Shown: positions 1-12,276 of the stretch, in pieces | Layout of the letters: every line of letters starts with the position of its first letter | How positions within the stretch are numbered: position 1 is the first letter of the stretch | NCBI RefSeq assembly: GCF_006345805.1 | Contig: NC_043005.1 | Coordinates: 57,164,001 to 57,228,000 of the forward strand | Source of the DNA: Octopus sinensis | Lineage: Eukaryota | Reading direction: 5' to 3' | DNA length: 64,000 bases | Position numbers and translations under genes: made by a program | The notes under the pieces: model-generated | What the model was told of the DNA's origin: nothing | The model's input: only the letters and a program-made list of their open reading frames with translations | The model's database searches: none

Positions 1-118
1 GAAAAAATTTAATGCGAGAAATGGATATACCACTATCAAAACACAACCCAAACATGTGTGTGCTGTTGCAGGAGCCCGTCGTATGTATACACATAACACA
101 CACACACACACCACACAA

Positions 119-187
<69 letters not shown>

Positions 188-400
188 GTGAAATAGAAAG
201 ATGAATAATCTTGTAGTAGATTAATCAAAAGTTTAACCGATACCTTAGTAGCAAAAATCACAGCAGTAAACAGCACGGTTGGAGGTACAACCATCTGGCG
301 TTGCAACCGTGCGTTGGTGCGGATAATTGAAATTAAAACATTATTGGTGAATTGAAGAAATGGAGCTGAACGCAGATTGAACAGAAATCGTTTTATTTCA

Positions 401-480
401 TTCTACACGTGTTTCGAAAGGCACAAATTACCAAAATCCGATTGAATAATGGGACCATATTGTGTCTTTCTCTTCAGGAA
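401..480 (-). ncRNA. Type I hammerhead ribozyme (inverted pLTR copy)
   Basis: Minus strand reads ttc-CTGAAGA-gaaagacacaa...ttgtgcctttc-GAAA-cacgtg-TA-gaa. Confidence 0.85.
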
Positions 481-1075
481 GAAAAAAGGAAATCCGTTGG
501 AAAAACAAAAACAGAACAGTGGCGGAGCAAAAACAAATCGAACTACGCTCCTAAGAGCCCATGGCGAAACTGTTTATCAGTGTATGTTGAGAACCGGTGG
601 CTGAAGAATTCAACGGGTCAGGCATCGGTCAATCATGTGGGTGAGGGCGTATAGATGTTCTTAGTGACCGAGAATAAAGTTCTGACTATTTAAGGAATAT
701 TGGATGTTTTATAAGGGGCGAAAAAAAACCTACTTAGAGACGTGTGTGTGTGTATACTGTTCTATATATGTGTGTGTTGGCGTAGGGGTAGAAAACATTT
801 TTTGTGTACGTGTGTGCGTTTGATCGTTCGGCTGTCAGTGGCTACTGCCGAGAGAACCGTTGGGTGGCAGAAAGAAAAAAAAAAATATATATTATGTTTT
901 ATGTGTGTGTGTGTTCATCTAAGCCTGCCTTGTCAAGGAAACCCCCCGCTGTGAAAAAACCAAGCCCCGTTTGTCTTACAGGAGTAATTCCCCTTGCAGT
1001 GGTTAATCGTAGATATCTTAAAGGCTATTTCAGAATTTGTTACCAAGGGCTATGGGTGCCGGTATTATTTATAAA

Positions 1076-1722
1076 TAGGGGTGTTGTGGTTGACGGTAAC
1101 AATGGGAGTAGGGTAGTGAGCCCCAATAGCATCCCCAGCATCATTTCCCGCAATAGCAGCACCACGGGCAGTAGCAATGACAGCACTCTGATAGATAGTG
1201 GAGAATCAGGGGTTATTCCTATAGTTAATAGTGACGTAGTGGAAAATAGAGTAGTAAGCGGCTGCAGGTCTCGGAACGAATATAGTGACAGGAACGCAGT
1301 TCTAATTTCAGAAACTAATCCTAGCAGAATAAGATTCACGTCGGCGAACTCCAAGATCAAAAACGCCGTCTACCAATGCAAGGTTTACACGGACTCAGAT
1401 GTCTTCACTTATGTAGGGGCATCATCCTCAAGATTGTCTTTGCGTGTCTCCAACCATTACGCAACTTTTCGGGACATGAACAAGCGCCAGACCACGGGAC
1501 TCAGTAAGCTAATATGGCGACTGAAGGATACGAACTTAAGCTATAGGCTGGAATGGTCAATTTTGTCGGTGGCCCTCCCATTGATAGGGGCAGAAGACAG
1601 TGCAACCTTTGTGTCTCCGAACTCTTCCATATTTTGTTTGCCAGAGGCCGGATGGTAAACGGGCTCTTACAGTCGGCTCTTCGATGCCCCCATTGGCGGC
1701 GTTACACTTATCTGGCTTTTAA
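1076..1722 (+). pseudogene. PLE linker plus GIY-YIG endonuclease C-terminus, with a 1-nt frameshift near 1581
   Basis: 3' part of ORF 804..1658 has VYQC...YVG...R..H. The shifted frame continues DRGRRQCNLCVSELFHIL...RCPHWRRYTLSGF* (TAA 1720-1722). Confidence 0.85.
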
Positions 1723-2326
1723 ATAGCGTTTATAAATAATACCGGCACCCATAGCCCTTGGTAACAAATTCTGAAATAGCCTTTAAGATATCTACGATTA
1801 ACCACTGCAAGGGGAATTACTCCTGTAAGACAAACGGGGCTTGGTTTTTTCACAGCGGGGGGTTTCCTTGACAAGGCAGGCTTAGATGAACACACACACA
1901 CATAAAACATAATATATATATATTTTTTTCTTTCTGCCACCCAACGGTTCTCTCGGCAGTTGCCACTGACAGCCGAACGATCAAACGCACACACGTACAC
2001 AAAAAATGTTTTCTACCCCTACGCCAACACACACATATATAGAACAGTATACACACACACACACGTCTCTAAGTAGGTTTTTTTCTCGCCCCTTATAAAA
2101 CATCCAATATTCCTTAAATAGTCAGAACTTTATTCTCGGTCACTAAGAACATCTATACGCCCTCATCCACATGATTGACCGATGCCTGACCCGTTGAATT
2201 CTTCAGCCACCGGTTCTCAACGTACACTGATAAACAGTTTCGCCATGGGCTCTTAGGAGCGTAGTTCGATTTGTTTTTGCTCCGCCACTGTTCTGTTTTT
2301 GTTTTTCCAACGGATTTCCTTTTTTC

Positions 2327-2406
2327 TTCCTGAAGAGAAAGACACAATATGGTCCCATTATTCAATCGGATTTTGGTAATTTGTGCCTTTCGAAACACGT
2401 GTAGAA
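2327..2406 (+). ncRNA. Type I hammerhead ribozyme in the 3' pLTR
   Basis: Stem I ttc/gaa; CTGAAGA 2330-2336; stem II gaaagacacaa/ttgtgcctttc; GAAA 2392-2395; palindromic stem III cacgtg; GUA cleavage triplet. Confidence 0.87.
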
Positions 2407-2494
2407 TGAAATAAAACGATTTCTGTTCAATCTGCGTTCAGCTCCATTTCTTCAATTCACCAATAATGTTTTATATATATATATATATATTACC

Positions 2495-2690
2495 AATTTA
2501 TTTGTTTCAGTTATTTGACTGCGGCCATGCTGGAGCACCGCCTTTAGTCGAACAAATCGGCTCCAGGACTTATTCTTAGCCTAGTACTTATTCTATCGGT
2601 CTCTTTTGCCGAACCGCTAATTTACGGGGACGTAAACACACCAGCATCGGTTGTCAAGAGATGGTGGGGTGACAAACAGACACAGATATA
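2495..2690 (-). mobile_element. SINE 3' fragment (family of 46812-47200)
   Basis: Reverse complement of the shared tail: gcggccatgctggagcaccgcctttagtcg...gccgaaccgctaa. Confidence 0.75.
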
Positions 2691-2711
2691 TAATGTGTAT
2701 ATATGCATATA

Positions 2712-3866
2712 TAGGGGTTGGACAAAATATTGGAAACACCTTAAATTTCAAACAAATTTATTTCAATATGGGGTGGGACCGCCTTTGGCAGTAATTACAG
2801 CTTGAATTCTATGAGGTATGGACTCGTGCAAAGTTTGAATTGTTTCCAAAGGAATTTTTTCCCACTCTTCAGCTAAAACAGTCTCCAGATCTTGTAGTAA
2901 TGATGATGGAGGCTATCGACTCTTTGCTTGTTTTTCTAAAATGCACCATAAATGTTCGATAATATTGAGAACTGGGGACTGTGATGGCCAGATAAGATGT
3001 TCAGCTTCACTAGAATGTTCCTCATGCCATTCAATAACAACTTTAGCTGTGTGAATTGGTGCATTATCATCCTGAAAGATTGTTTTCTCTCCGAAAATAG
3101 TTCCGCAACCATAAGATGAATTTGATCAGATAAAATGCTTAAATAGTCTTGACTATTAATTCTGCCATGATGGGAAACCATTGGGCCGGTGGATTTCCAA
3201 GATATAACCCCACCCCGATCATCACAGATCTTCCTCCATGTTTCACAGTTAGAAGAAGGCAGTCTGGATCAAATGCTTTGTTTTTGGGTCTCTCCAGATG
3301 TATACTCGGCCAGTTGTTGGAAAAAAGTAAAGGATGACTTGTCTGAGAAAATAAAATTCGTCCACTGCTCTATGGACCAATTCTCCAGGTTTTTACTCCA
3401 CTCTAAGCGCTTTGCAACGTTTGCTTTTGAAAGTAGTGTTTTTCTGATTGCTGCCTTCCCGTGAAATCCGGTTTTGTGTAGCTCCCGGCGAATAGTTTTT
3501 GTGGATACTGGGTTATCGAGGTGGTCGTTAAGCTCTGCAGTAATTTTGGGAGCTGTACTTTTGTGATCCTTTCTAACAATTCGCGTAAGAGTCCGACGAT
3601 CCCTATCTTAAAGTTTTGGTTTTCTTCCGGAGTTTTGTTTGGCGAGGAGGTTTTTCCCTCTTTCTCATAGGTTGTCATTACTTTCGAGACAGTACTTCAT
3701 GACACGCCAAACATTTCGGCTGTTTTCGTTACGCTAGCGCTTGTCATACGAACACCAACAATTTGACCTCTTTGAAAGTCCGATAGAATTTTAATTAACT
3801 TTTTCTGATGATATTTGAAAAGAAACAGCAATTTTAGGTATTTTCATTATTTTGTCCCAACTCCTG
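2712..3866 (-). mobile_element. Decayed Tc1-family DNA transposon
   Basis: TIRs (c/t)aggggttggacaaaatattggaaacacc and ggtattttcattattttgtcccaactcctg with TA flanks. Minus-strand DDNAPIH and WPSQSPVLNIIEHLW remnants. Confidence 0.9.
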
Positions 3867-4174
3867 TATATATATATTATTTATATTAACACGTGATTGG
3901 ACGCCACGCATCCATTTCCAAGTAAGATTACTATATATTCAGTAATCTTTTTTGCTAGTCTATTTTGTCCCTCTGTCTTATCTCATGGAGCGATATGAAC
4001 ATTTAACGTGGTTTTTAGAGTCAGGGATTTGACTGCTATTTCGACATGGTGGTGTCTCTCAGACACCCTTATTTTTAGTTGTAAAACATTATTACCTTTG
4101 TATGGTATTTTTCCCATGCTGTCCACTTGATAATATCGATATTTAAATATCGATATTATCCGTATTTATAAATT

Positions 4175-4284
<110 letters not shown>

Positions 4285-5114
4285 CGTATTTGGAGTGTGG
4301 TGGTGTACCAGTTGTTTTGAGAGACAACGGAAACTCTACATGATAAAAATCAAAGGTGATCGAGCAACTATTGATAAATCATAATAAAAATTACAATGAA
4401 TAACAATAAACAAAATCAATAAGTACCATCGCCACCACCACCATTACCAACACCACCGTTGCCGCTACGGCCATCGTCACGCCATCACCACCGTTACCAC
4501 CTCCGCCTCCACGAAAATCATTGACTACAACAACGACAAACAATCCCACATTCGAAAGTGCGTATATATCAATTATACGTCAGAACACGTCAGATGTCTT
4601 TTGTATTGTTGTACCGGTTCCATAAAGTTGATTCTTATTTGTAAACTACTAATGACAGTGACAATGACTTTTTGAATAGGCACAAGGCACAATCTCTAGT
4701 GAGAATAATAAAGTCGGTTACGTCACCCCCATTACTAGAATGGCATTTTAATTTAACGACCACGCGAAGATGAAGGGCAAGAATAGACATCGGTAGGATT
4801 TTAATTCAGAACATAAAGAAGTGCAACAAAATATTGGATTTCCGTTTGTCCGACGCTCTGGCGATTCTGCTTATCTATCGCATTGAAAGAAATAATTCTT
4901 TAATGGCATTACTTTCAGGTTTTGGTACAAGGGCGAAGCCAGCAATTTTAAGGGTGAGGAAGTCGATTAGATCGACTCCAGTGCTCAAAGAGATGATTGC
5001 ATTGTTTTACATCATATTATTCCCTCCGGAATAATATTAATCAATGTTTTCTTCGAAACATATGTCGGAAGTATAAAGATTAGAATAACACCTGCGTTTA
5101 ACTCCATTTCTTAA

Positions 5115-5211
<97 letters not shown>

Positions 5212-5569
5212 GTCATTCAAATAACGAGTAAAAGAAACAGACAACAAGAGGACGTGTACAAGAAATGCATTAGCTTGACGTTCGGTGAAAAAAGAGAGTT
5301 TGACGTTTCGAGCGTAGCTTTTCATCTCTTTGTGTGTATGTGTCTTTGCATCTATGTTTGTTCCGCACTGCATAGTTTGGCATTGGTTTTGATTTGTTTG
5401 CATCCCCGTAAGTTAGCGGTTTGCCAAAAGAGACCAATACAATATGTACCAGACTTTAAAATAAACAAGTACTGGGGCAATTTGTTCGATTGCACTCTTT
5501 AAAGTAGTGCCCCGTATGGCCGCAGTCCAATGAGTGAGACAAGTAAAAGATAAAAATACTATTACTATA

Positions 5570-5770
5570 GGCGCAGACATGGCTGTGTGGCTAAAAAGTT
5601 CGCATTGAAGCCATGTGGATTCGAGTTCAATACCACTGTACCTTGAGCAAGTATCGTCTCCTATAGCCCCGAGTCGACCAAAGCCTTGTGAGTAGATTTG
5701 GTTGGCAGGAACTGTTTGGTAGCCTGCCGTATGTATGTGTGTGTGTGTCTGTGTTTGCATCCCACCGCTA
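5570..5770 (+). mobile_element. tRNA-derived SINE, 5' part
   Basis: ggcgcagacatggctgtgtgg...gagttcaatacc...cttgagcaagt...gaccaaagccttgtgagt, similar to 46812. Confidence 0.7.
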
Positions 5771-6100
5771 AAAAAATCTGTGAGCGAAACTGAAGAGATC
5801 CCATTCTAAAAGTTAGAGCAGTAATGTATTTACACGTGGTTAATAGTGTAATATATAATATTTTTTGTCTACAAATTAACTGACCGTAACGGTTTTCTAT
5901 CTCCAGTTTCAAGAGAGGTTATATGCTCCCGGCCATTGGAGTTCGATAAGTCGTCTATAAGAGTAAACACTTTATGGATGCGAAACCATTGGTCACTCTA
6001 TGTCCAGCCATATAATTAACCACCTACAAACACACACACACAACCATGGCCGCAGCTAACGGCGGTGCAATTAGCATGGCCGCATCTCTGAGCTGCAACG

Positions 6101-6141
<41 letters not shown>

Positions 6142-6146
6142 TATAC

Positions 6147-6430
6147 TGGCGTAGTTGTGTGATAAGAAGTTTGCTTCGCAACCATATTGTTCCATGTTCG
6201 GTCCTGCTGCGAGCACTTTGTGCAGGTGTCTTCTACTATAGCCTTGGGCCGACCAGAACCTTGTGAGAGGATTTGGTTGAAAGAAACTAAAAGAATCCCG
6301 TCGTATGTGCGTGTGTGTGTGTTTAAGGCCCCGTCAGGTAGTGGTTCGGCAAAAGAAACCGATAGAATAAATACTAGGCTTAAAACAATAAGTACTGGGA
6401 TCGATTCGTTCAACTAAAATTCTTCAAAGC
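6147..6430 (+). mobile_element. tRNA-derived SINE
   Basis: Same head, core and tail as 46812-47200. Confidence 0.75.
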
Positions 6431-6558
6431 TATATATATATATACATATGTATATATATACATATGTATATATATACATATATGTATATATATACATATG
6501 TATATATATACACATATGTATATATATATACATATTATATATATATATATATATATTA

Positions 6559-6606
<48 letters not shown>

Positions 6607-7027
6607 TGTTTTATATATATATATATTGTTTATATATATATATAAACAATTTCACATTAAATTCAAGGATTGCACAATACTTTTTTGCGGAGTATATATT
6701 CATTAAATTTAACAAGGAAATGGTTGAGATTGGAACATCGAAGTTTCAGTTTGCTCGCCTCCTATCTTCCTTTGTTCTCCTCTTACTATACAACTACCTA
6801 CGCTCTCTACCTATACCATGCGTAATTGTCATTATCATTACACCACCTAGCAAAAAAAAAAAAATAATAAATAAATATAAAAAAAAAACTTACTGAAAAC
6901 AATATCAAACCAAAAAGAAAAGAAAAACTTGACGATCGGATGAAAGCGAGCAAGCTGAAGCCTCGAACTCACTGTCACCTTTTTGCTATTATCATTCTTT
7001 TTTTGTTGTTGTAAAAGCTAATAAACA

Positions 7028-7620
7028 AGGCCTGGTTATGCAGTAAGAAGTTTACTTTCCAACCACATGGTTCCGAGTTCAGTACCCCAACGTGGTACCT
7101 TGCACAAGTGGATTTGATAGACTGAAACTATGTATAAGGCGGCGAGGTGGCAGAAACGTTAGCGCGTCGGGCGAAATGCTTAGCGGTATTTCGTCTGCCG
7201 CTACGTTCTGAGTTCAAATTCCGCCGAGGTCGACTTTGCTTTTCATCCTTTCGGGGTCGAAAAATTAAGTACCAGTTACGCACTGGGGTCAACATAATCG
7301 ACTTAATCTCTTTGTCTCTCCTTGTTTGTCCCCTCTACGTTTAGCCCCTTGTGGGCAATAAAGAAATAGGAAACTGTATATGTATGTGAGTGTGTATGTG
7401 TGTGTGCGCGCGCGCGCGCGTGTGTGTGTTTTGTCCCCCACCACCGCTTGACAACTGGTGCTGATGTATTTGCCTTCCTATAACCTAGCGGTTCGGCTAA
7501 GACGGGGTAAGTACCAGCCTTTAAAAAATAATTACTGGGGTCAAGTCATTCGACAAAGGGATTCTTCAAGGTGGTGCCCCACTATAGCCGTGATCTAATA
7601 ACTGAAACAAAGATAAAAAA
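7028..7620 (+). mobile_element. SINE interrupted by a second SINE family (7138-7368)
   Basis: Host head at 7028-7130 and tail at 7370-7620. The insert begins ggcggcgaggtggcagaaacgttagc, carries tacgttctgagttcaaattcc, and ends caataaagaaata. Confidence 0.75.
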
Positions 7621-7889
7621 AAATGTAAACAACATATAAAGAGAACAATTATTCAAGGGAACCGTAATATTTATACAGCAGACAATTATTAGATTTGTAC
7701 TAATTATCTTTCATAGTTAATCTTTTGCTAGACAAAATATGAATTTTGTTCTTAGTTATTATTATTATTTCCATCGAAACTATGTTTGTTTTGGTGTGGG
7801 GGTTGTTGTTTGAATGAAAAGTTGCTCTTTTTTCTAAGTATATTCTCACGAAATACATTTTTCATCGGAATATTTTTTTATATCCTATG

Positions 7890-8262
7890 CCAGTGAGCTG
7901 GCAGAAACGTTAGCACGCCGGGCGAAATGCGTAGCCGTATTTCGTCTGCCGTTACGTTCTGAGTTCAAATCCCGCCGAGGTCGACTTTGCCTTTCATCCT
8001 TTCGGGGTCGATAAATTAAGTACCGGTTACGCACTGGGATCGATATAATCGACTTAATCCGTCTGTCTGACCTTGTTTGTCTCCTAAAGAAATAGGCATT
8101 TCGTCCGTTTTTACGTTCTGAGTTCAAAATTCTGCCGGGGTCAACTTTGCCTTTCATCCTTTTGAAGTTGATAAAATAAGTACAAATTGAACAGTAGGAT
8201 TGATTTAATCGACTCAGACATCTCCTTCAAACCTGCTGATCTCGTGCCAAAATTTGAAACCA
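7890..8262 (+). mobile_element. Two adjacent copies of the 'ggcagaaacgttagc' SINE family
   Basis: gagctggcagaaacgttagcacgccgggcgaaatgc...gttctgagttcaaatcccgccgaggtcgac; partial second copy from ~8095. Confidence 0.75.
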
Positions 8263-8675
8263 GTATTTTCTAGATCCTTCGAAGGAAACATGATGTAAAC
8301 AATTAATGAGACTTGAGACAGATAAGGCTCACGAAATATTTTCGTTGGTTTCAATAGGTGAATCTCCTTATAGCGCTGCTTATTTTAAAATATTTGGGTC
8401 CTTTGATATTAATATCTAACAATTTATATATGACGGAATCTTCTTTTCACGGACCAAGACTTCTAGAAATGGTATCCTTAACAACTTTCTTTATACCATT
8501 AAAGTTTATTACTTTTTCATATTTCTTCAAAGGATCCGGGCAAATTTTCATATTCTGAGGTATTTTGAAACAAAGTAAGGAATATAACATAATCTATAGC
8601 ACTGCAAGATAAAAGCGAAATGAAAATAAAAGAAATAACAGCGCAAGACCTGCGGTAAAAACAAAATATTACACT

Positions 8676-9167
8676 GTATACTGGTGTAATTTCTCACGCT
8701 GAACACGGTTTACTTTCAATATTTTTGACAAAGTTTCGTATTTTAGAAGTTATTACGTGTTAAAGCTGTCGTATTTGGGTAATTTTAACCAATCAACGAC
8801 GTGTATTCAGCTGAAGAAAGTTACTGCTGTTTGCGATAGTAATTGAAGAGCAACAATTTCCGGGTCATCTCTACTAAATTTCACCACTCTGTTCTATTTT
8901 ACTTTTGTTTACTGGCTGTGTTGCATATTACACGTTTTTTTTTTCCTTTTGCATTTTGATCACCTCTTTGTACGTGTGGTGAAAATGCAAATGTGCAAAG
9001 AGGCGATCGAAAAGCAAACAAAGCGTGTAGTATGCAACACAGGCAGTAAACAAAAATAAACAACAACAGATTGACGAAAATAATCATAAAATTAACACAG
9101 GCAAATGTACAAAGAGGTGATCGTTGAAAGCAAACCGTGTTCAGCGTGAGAAATTACACTAGTATAC
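8676..9167. mobile_element. MITE-like fold-back element with ~44-bp TIRs and nested internal inverted repeats
   Basis: gtatactggtgtaatttctcacgctgaacacggtttactttcaa (8676-8719) versus its reverse complement at 9124-9167; internal IR ~8905-8935 versus ~9024-9056. Confidence 0.75.
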
Positions 9168-9295
9168 GAAGTTTCAAACATGCCAGCGTGGGTGGTCATC
9201 TAAACTGCTACAGGATGAAAGTATCTAACATTCGCTATTCTCCATCCCTTTATCTATCTGTCTGTTTTTATATACCTCTTTCGACAAACATGCCC

Positions 9296-9655
9296 TGGCG
9301 AATCGCTAAGATATTTTATCGGTCACATGTAGCGAACCGCATGGTTATTTTACCGATTACGTTTGGCGATCCGCTAAGTTACTTTATCGATCTCCATTGG
9401 CGAACCGCTACGATATTTAATCGCTCCCGTTTGGCGAACCGCTAAGTTATTTTATCGATCATGTTTGGCGAAGCGCTAAGTTATTGTATCGATCTCATTT
9501 CGCGAACCGCTAGGTTATTTTATCGGTGCCATTTAGCGAACCGCTAAGTTATTTTACCGATTACGTTTGGCGAACCGCTAGGTTATTGTATCGATCTCCA
9601 TTGGCGATCCGCTAAGTTATTATCGATCTCCATTGGCGAACCGCTAAGTTATTTT
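9296..9655 (+). repeat. 34-bp minisatellite, ~11 units
   Basis: gcgaaccgctaagttattttatcg motif recurs at 9298, 9332, 9366, 9400, 9434, 9468, 9502, 9536, 9570, 9604 and 9636. Confidence 0.92.
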
Positions 9656-9920
9656 AAGATTGGACATCTTTTGCCCGATTTCAATCTATGTTTCAGCATG
9701 GTAAATTGGAAGCGGAATTGTAATTTAAGCGCGGAAACCTAATTTTTTTTATAAATAGGCGAGAGGTAGATAGAGAAAGATAGAGCATAAGAGAAAGCGA
9801 GAGACAGTCCGAGAGAAAGGAAGTGTAAGAGCGTGGGAAAGTACGACAGAAAGGTGAAACATAGAGGGAGAATGTGGTAATAAGAAACAGAAAGGAACAA
9901 CAGAAAGAATCACACCCTCA

Positions 9921-9951
9921 TCCGCGCGTAAAACGGGTCACCTTAAGCTAG
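9921..9951 (+). mobile_element. Helitron-like 3' terminus
   Basis: GC-rich subterminal ccgcgcgtaaaacgggtc followed by CTAG|T at 9948-9952. Confidence 0.5.
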
Positions 9952-9956
9952 TCTAC

Positions 9957-10205
9957 AATTATAAAAGGAGGTACACAAAGTACCAGCTTGCTAGAATTGC
10001 TGAGGAGAATTAAGGGAAAACCCCAAAATTCGAAATCGTGATACAGGTATATCTATTACCTCATTCTGCGGCAACCAGTCGAGATGGTAAGTTAGATTCA
10101 TTGCTCGTTGCCCGACTTCTGTTGGTCAGTTATGCTTTTCAGTGAGATGGTGGCTTATTTGTAGCAAGCTGGTACTTCGTGTACCCTCATTTATAATTAT
10201 AAATT
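9957..10205 (+). mobile_element. Small HHR-bearing element with ~37-bp inverted ends
   Basis: aattataaaaggaggtacacaaagtaccagcttgcta (9957-9993) versus tagcaagctggtacttcgtgtaccctcatttataatt (10162-10198); followed by (TA)n. Confidence 0.65.
9995..10048 (+). ncRNA. Type I hammerhead ribozyme
   Basis: ttg-CTGAGGA-gaatt(aagggaaaaccccaa)aattc-GAAA-tcgtga-TA-cag. Confidence 0.75.
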
Positions 10206-10214
10206 AATTATAAT

Positions 10215-10245
<31 letters not shown>

Positions 10246-10305
10246 AATCGCCATGATATATCGTTAGCTCCTACACGCATTTTTCTCTCCTTGTTTTTTC
10301 TGTTA

Positions 10306-10343
10306 TCTTTCTGTCGAAGAGCGTAGGCTCGAAACGTAAAAGA
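10306..10343 (+). ncRNA. Degenerate minimal HHR (CUGUCGA core variant) in a ~200-bp TA-embedded repeat (10228-10425)
   Basis: tcttt-CTGTCGA-a-gagc(gtag)gctc-GAAA-cg-TA-aaaga. Relatives at 24855, ~38228, ~39205 and ~5270. Confidence 0.6.
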
Positions 10344-10427
10344 CTTTTTCTATTTCTATCTGAGCGCTATACTAATACATTTGTTTGTTTGTACTCCACT
10401 GCCTTCGTCTTTTGTTTATTTTCGTAT

Positions 10428-10467
<40 letters not shown>

Positions 10468-10480
10468 GTATGTATGTATA

Positions 10481-10671
10481 TAGGCAAGGAAAAATGATAA
10501 AAAGCAGAATGCTAAATTGAAGGTAAATTTAATGAATTGGTTATATGGAAAATTTTTAAAAATTTCAAAAAAATATTAACTTGTAAAAATTTTTTAAAAT
10601 TTTCCATACACCCAATTTCATTAAATTTACCTTCAATTTAGTATTCTGCTTTTATAATTTTTCCTTGCCTA
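10481..10671. repeat. AT-rich fold-back palindrome in a (TA)n tract
   Basis: taggcaaggaaaaatgataaaaagcagaatgctaaattgaaggtaaatttaatgaa...ttcattaaatttaccttcaatttagtattctgcttttataatttttccttgccta. Confidence 0.85.
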
Positions 10672-10843
10672 TCATTTCTCCACGTGCGGCCACACAACCT
10701 CACCATTTATTGATTTATATGTATATGTATGTATATATATATAGATTATATAATATATATATAATATATATATATATATAGATATATATATGTTGGATAT
10801 ATATGCTTATAACGTATAAATTTCAGCTGAATATATTCCATTA

Positions 10844-10890
<47 letters not shown>

Positions 10891-11372
10891 TCTTATTGCC
10901 CACGCAAAAAATACCACATACTACATACATCTTACATCATCTTTCATATTTCTCTCTCGCCCTCTCTCTCTCTTCCTCACGCACCCACAAACACAAACAC
11001 ATATACACTCCTCGTTCCACATAGGCATTAACCATTATCGTCCTCGGGAAGATTTGCAGCCGGTCTAAGTTTCTCCTTTCCTTCCTTCCCTTCTTCTTTC
11101 TCTCTCTCTCTCTCTCTCTCTCGATCTCCCTCATCCACACCCACAGGTACGCCCACTCATATCTATATCTTTTATCTATATTTATGTCAGTTTATTTTTG
11201 TTTATGTGCAGTCATATACATAATAACAGCCAGATATTAACTGAAGGATCACTTAATGCATTTAAGTAGACTATTAGGTTTATTGTTACCAAAAGAAGGT
11301 TGACAGTGACTTCGAAGTTTCACCGTCAGTTGGTTTCGTATCCTTTCCAATATCTGAATATCTCTCTCACTC

Positions 11373-11403
<31 letters not shown>

Positions 11404-11661
11404 GTCTGTCTCTCTCTCCCCCTCTCTCTCTTCTTCCCCCTCTCTCTCTCTCTCTCTTCTTCCCCCTCTCTCTCTTCTCCCGCTACTCTCTTTCTTCCCC
11501 TCTCTCTCTTCTTCCCATCTCTCTCTCCTTCCCTCTCCTCTCTCCCCTTCCCACCCTCTCTCTCTCCCCTTTCCCACCCCTCTCTCTCTCGGACAGCCAT
11601 GTTAAAGTGGCTATGAATATTTTATATATATAGTGTGTGCATGTGTGTATGAAGTAATTTT

Positions 11662-12082
11662 CCACCTAAATAAATGTGGCTAACCCTTAAGGGTTGATGC
11701 TATCTTGCTGGTAGCCCCAGGAAGGCATCTCCCCAGCTGGCTATTGACACACTATCTTTGCCCTATCAGTATTTGCAAAGGAAGTCATCGTTCCCATCTC
11801 CAGCCTGACGTGATACACACGGACCCGAGTTTCTGGGTATTGACCCGTAATCAGCGTGTGACAAACACCGGTGGCGATCGATAGAAAGTGATTCTCAATG
11901 CAAATATATATACTGTGTTCCAGTGACGAAAAGTCATTGATCTCGAAAAAGTGGAAACAAGCAATAATAAATCTCTGAGCGAGGTATAAACAGATAGTGT
12001 GTCAATAGCAGTGGAGGAGATGTCTTCCTGGGGTACAAGCAACAGTAGCGTCAACCCTTAAGGGTTAGCCACATTTAGGTGG
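11662..12082. mobile_element. MITE-like element with ~95-bp inverted termini (second copy ~15801-16223)
   Basis: ccacctaaat..gtggctaacccttaagggttgatgcta...gacacactatct versus agatagtgtgtc...aacccttaagggttagccacatttaggtgg. Confidence 0.75.
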
Positions 12083-12276
12083 CAAATATACTTCACAATG
12101 TCGTGCGGCTACTGTTTATACTCGCTCAGACATTTATTATTGCTTATATATATATATTAGAAGGTTTGGATGTGATGTACAGGTATTATATATTAGAAAA
12201 AATAAAGTACTCAGAAATCTGGATGGTTGTACGTTTACAGATTTTTATTAATATGTCACATGTTTTTATAAATCAT

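Larger units (their letters stand above)
334..2473 (+). mobile_element. 5'-truncated Penelope-like element (probably Naiad-type) with GIY-YIG endonuclease remnant between ~745-bp inverted pseudo-LTRs
   Basis: 334-1075 is a near-perfect reverse complement of 1729-2473. The interior encodes NAVYQCKV..TYVGAS..RVSNH..GLSKLIWRLK..EWSIL. Each arm contains an HHR, and (TA)n follows the right arm. Confidence 0.88.

Noticed and set aside
409-1075. ORFs 409..654, 742..954, the N-terminal part of 804..1658 and their mirrors at 1719-2398
   Set aside because: They lie in non-coding inverted pLTR arms and are duplicated only because the arms are. Only ~1076-1722 is real coding remnant.
9296-9655. CRISPR-like regular array
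   Set aside because: The inter-motif segments are short and related to each other, there are no cas genes, and the context is eukaryotic. It is a minisatellite.
11711-11800. Possible HDV-like ribozyme (ggtagcc/ggctatt P1)
   Set aside because: L3 length and the J4/2 catalytic segment do not fit, and the fold cannot be supported by eye.
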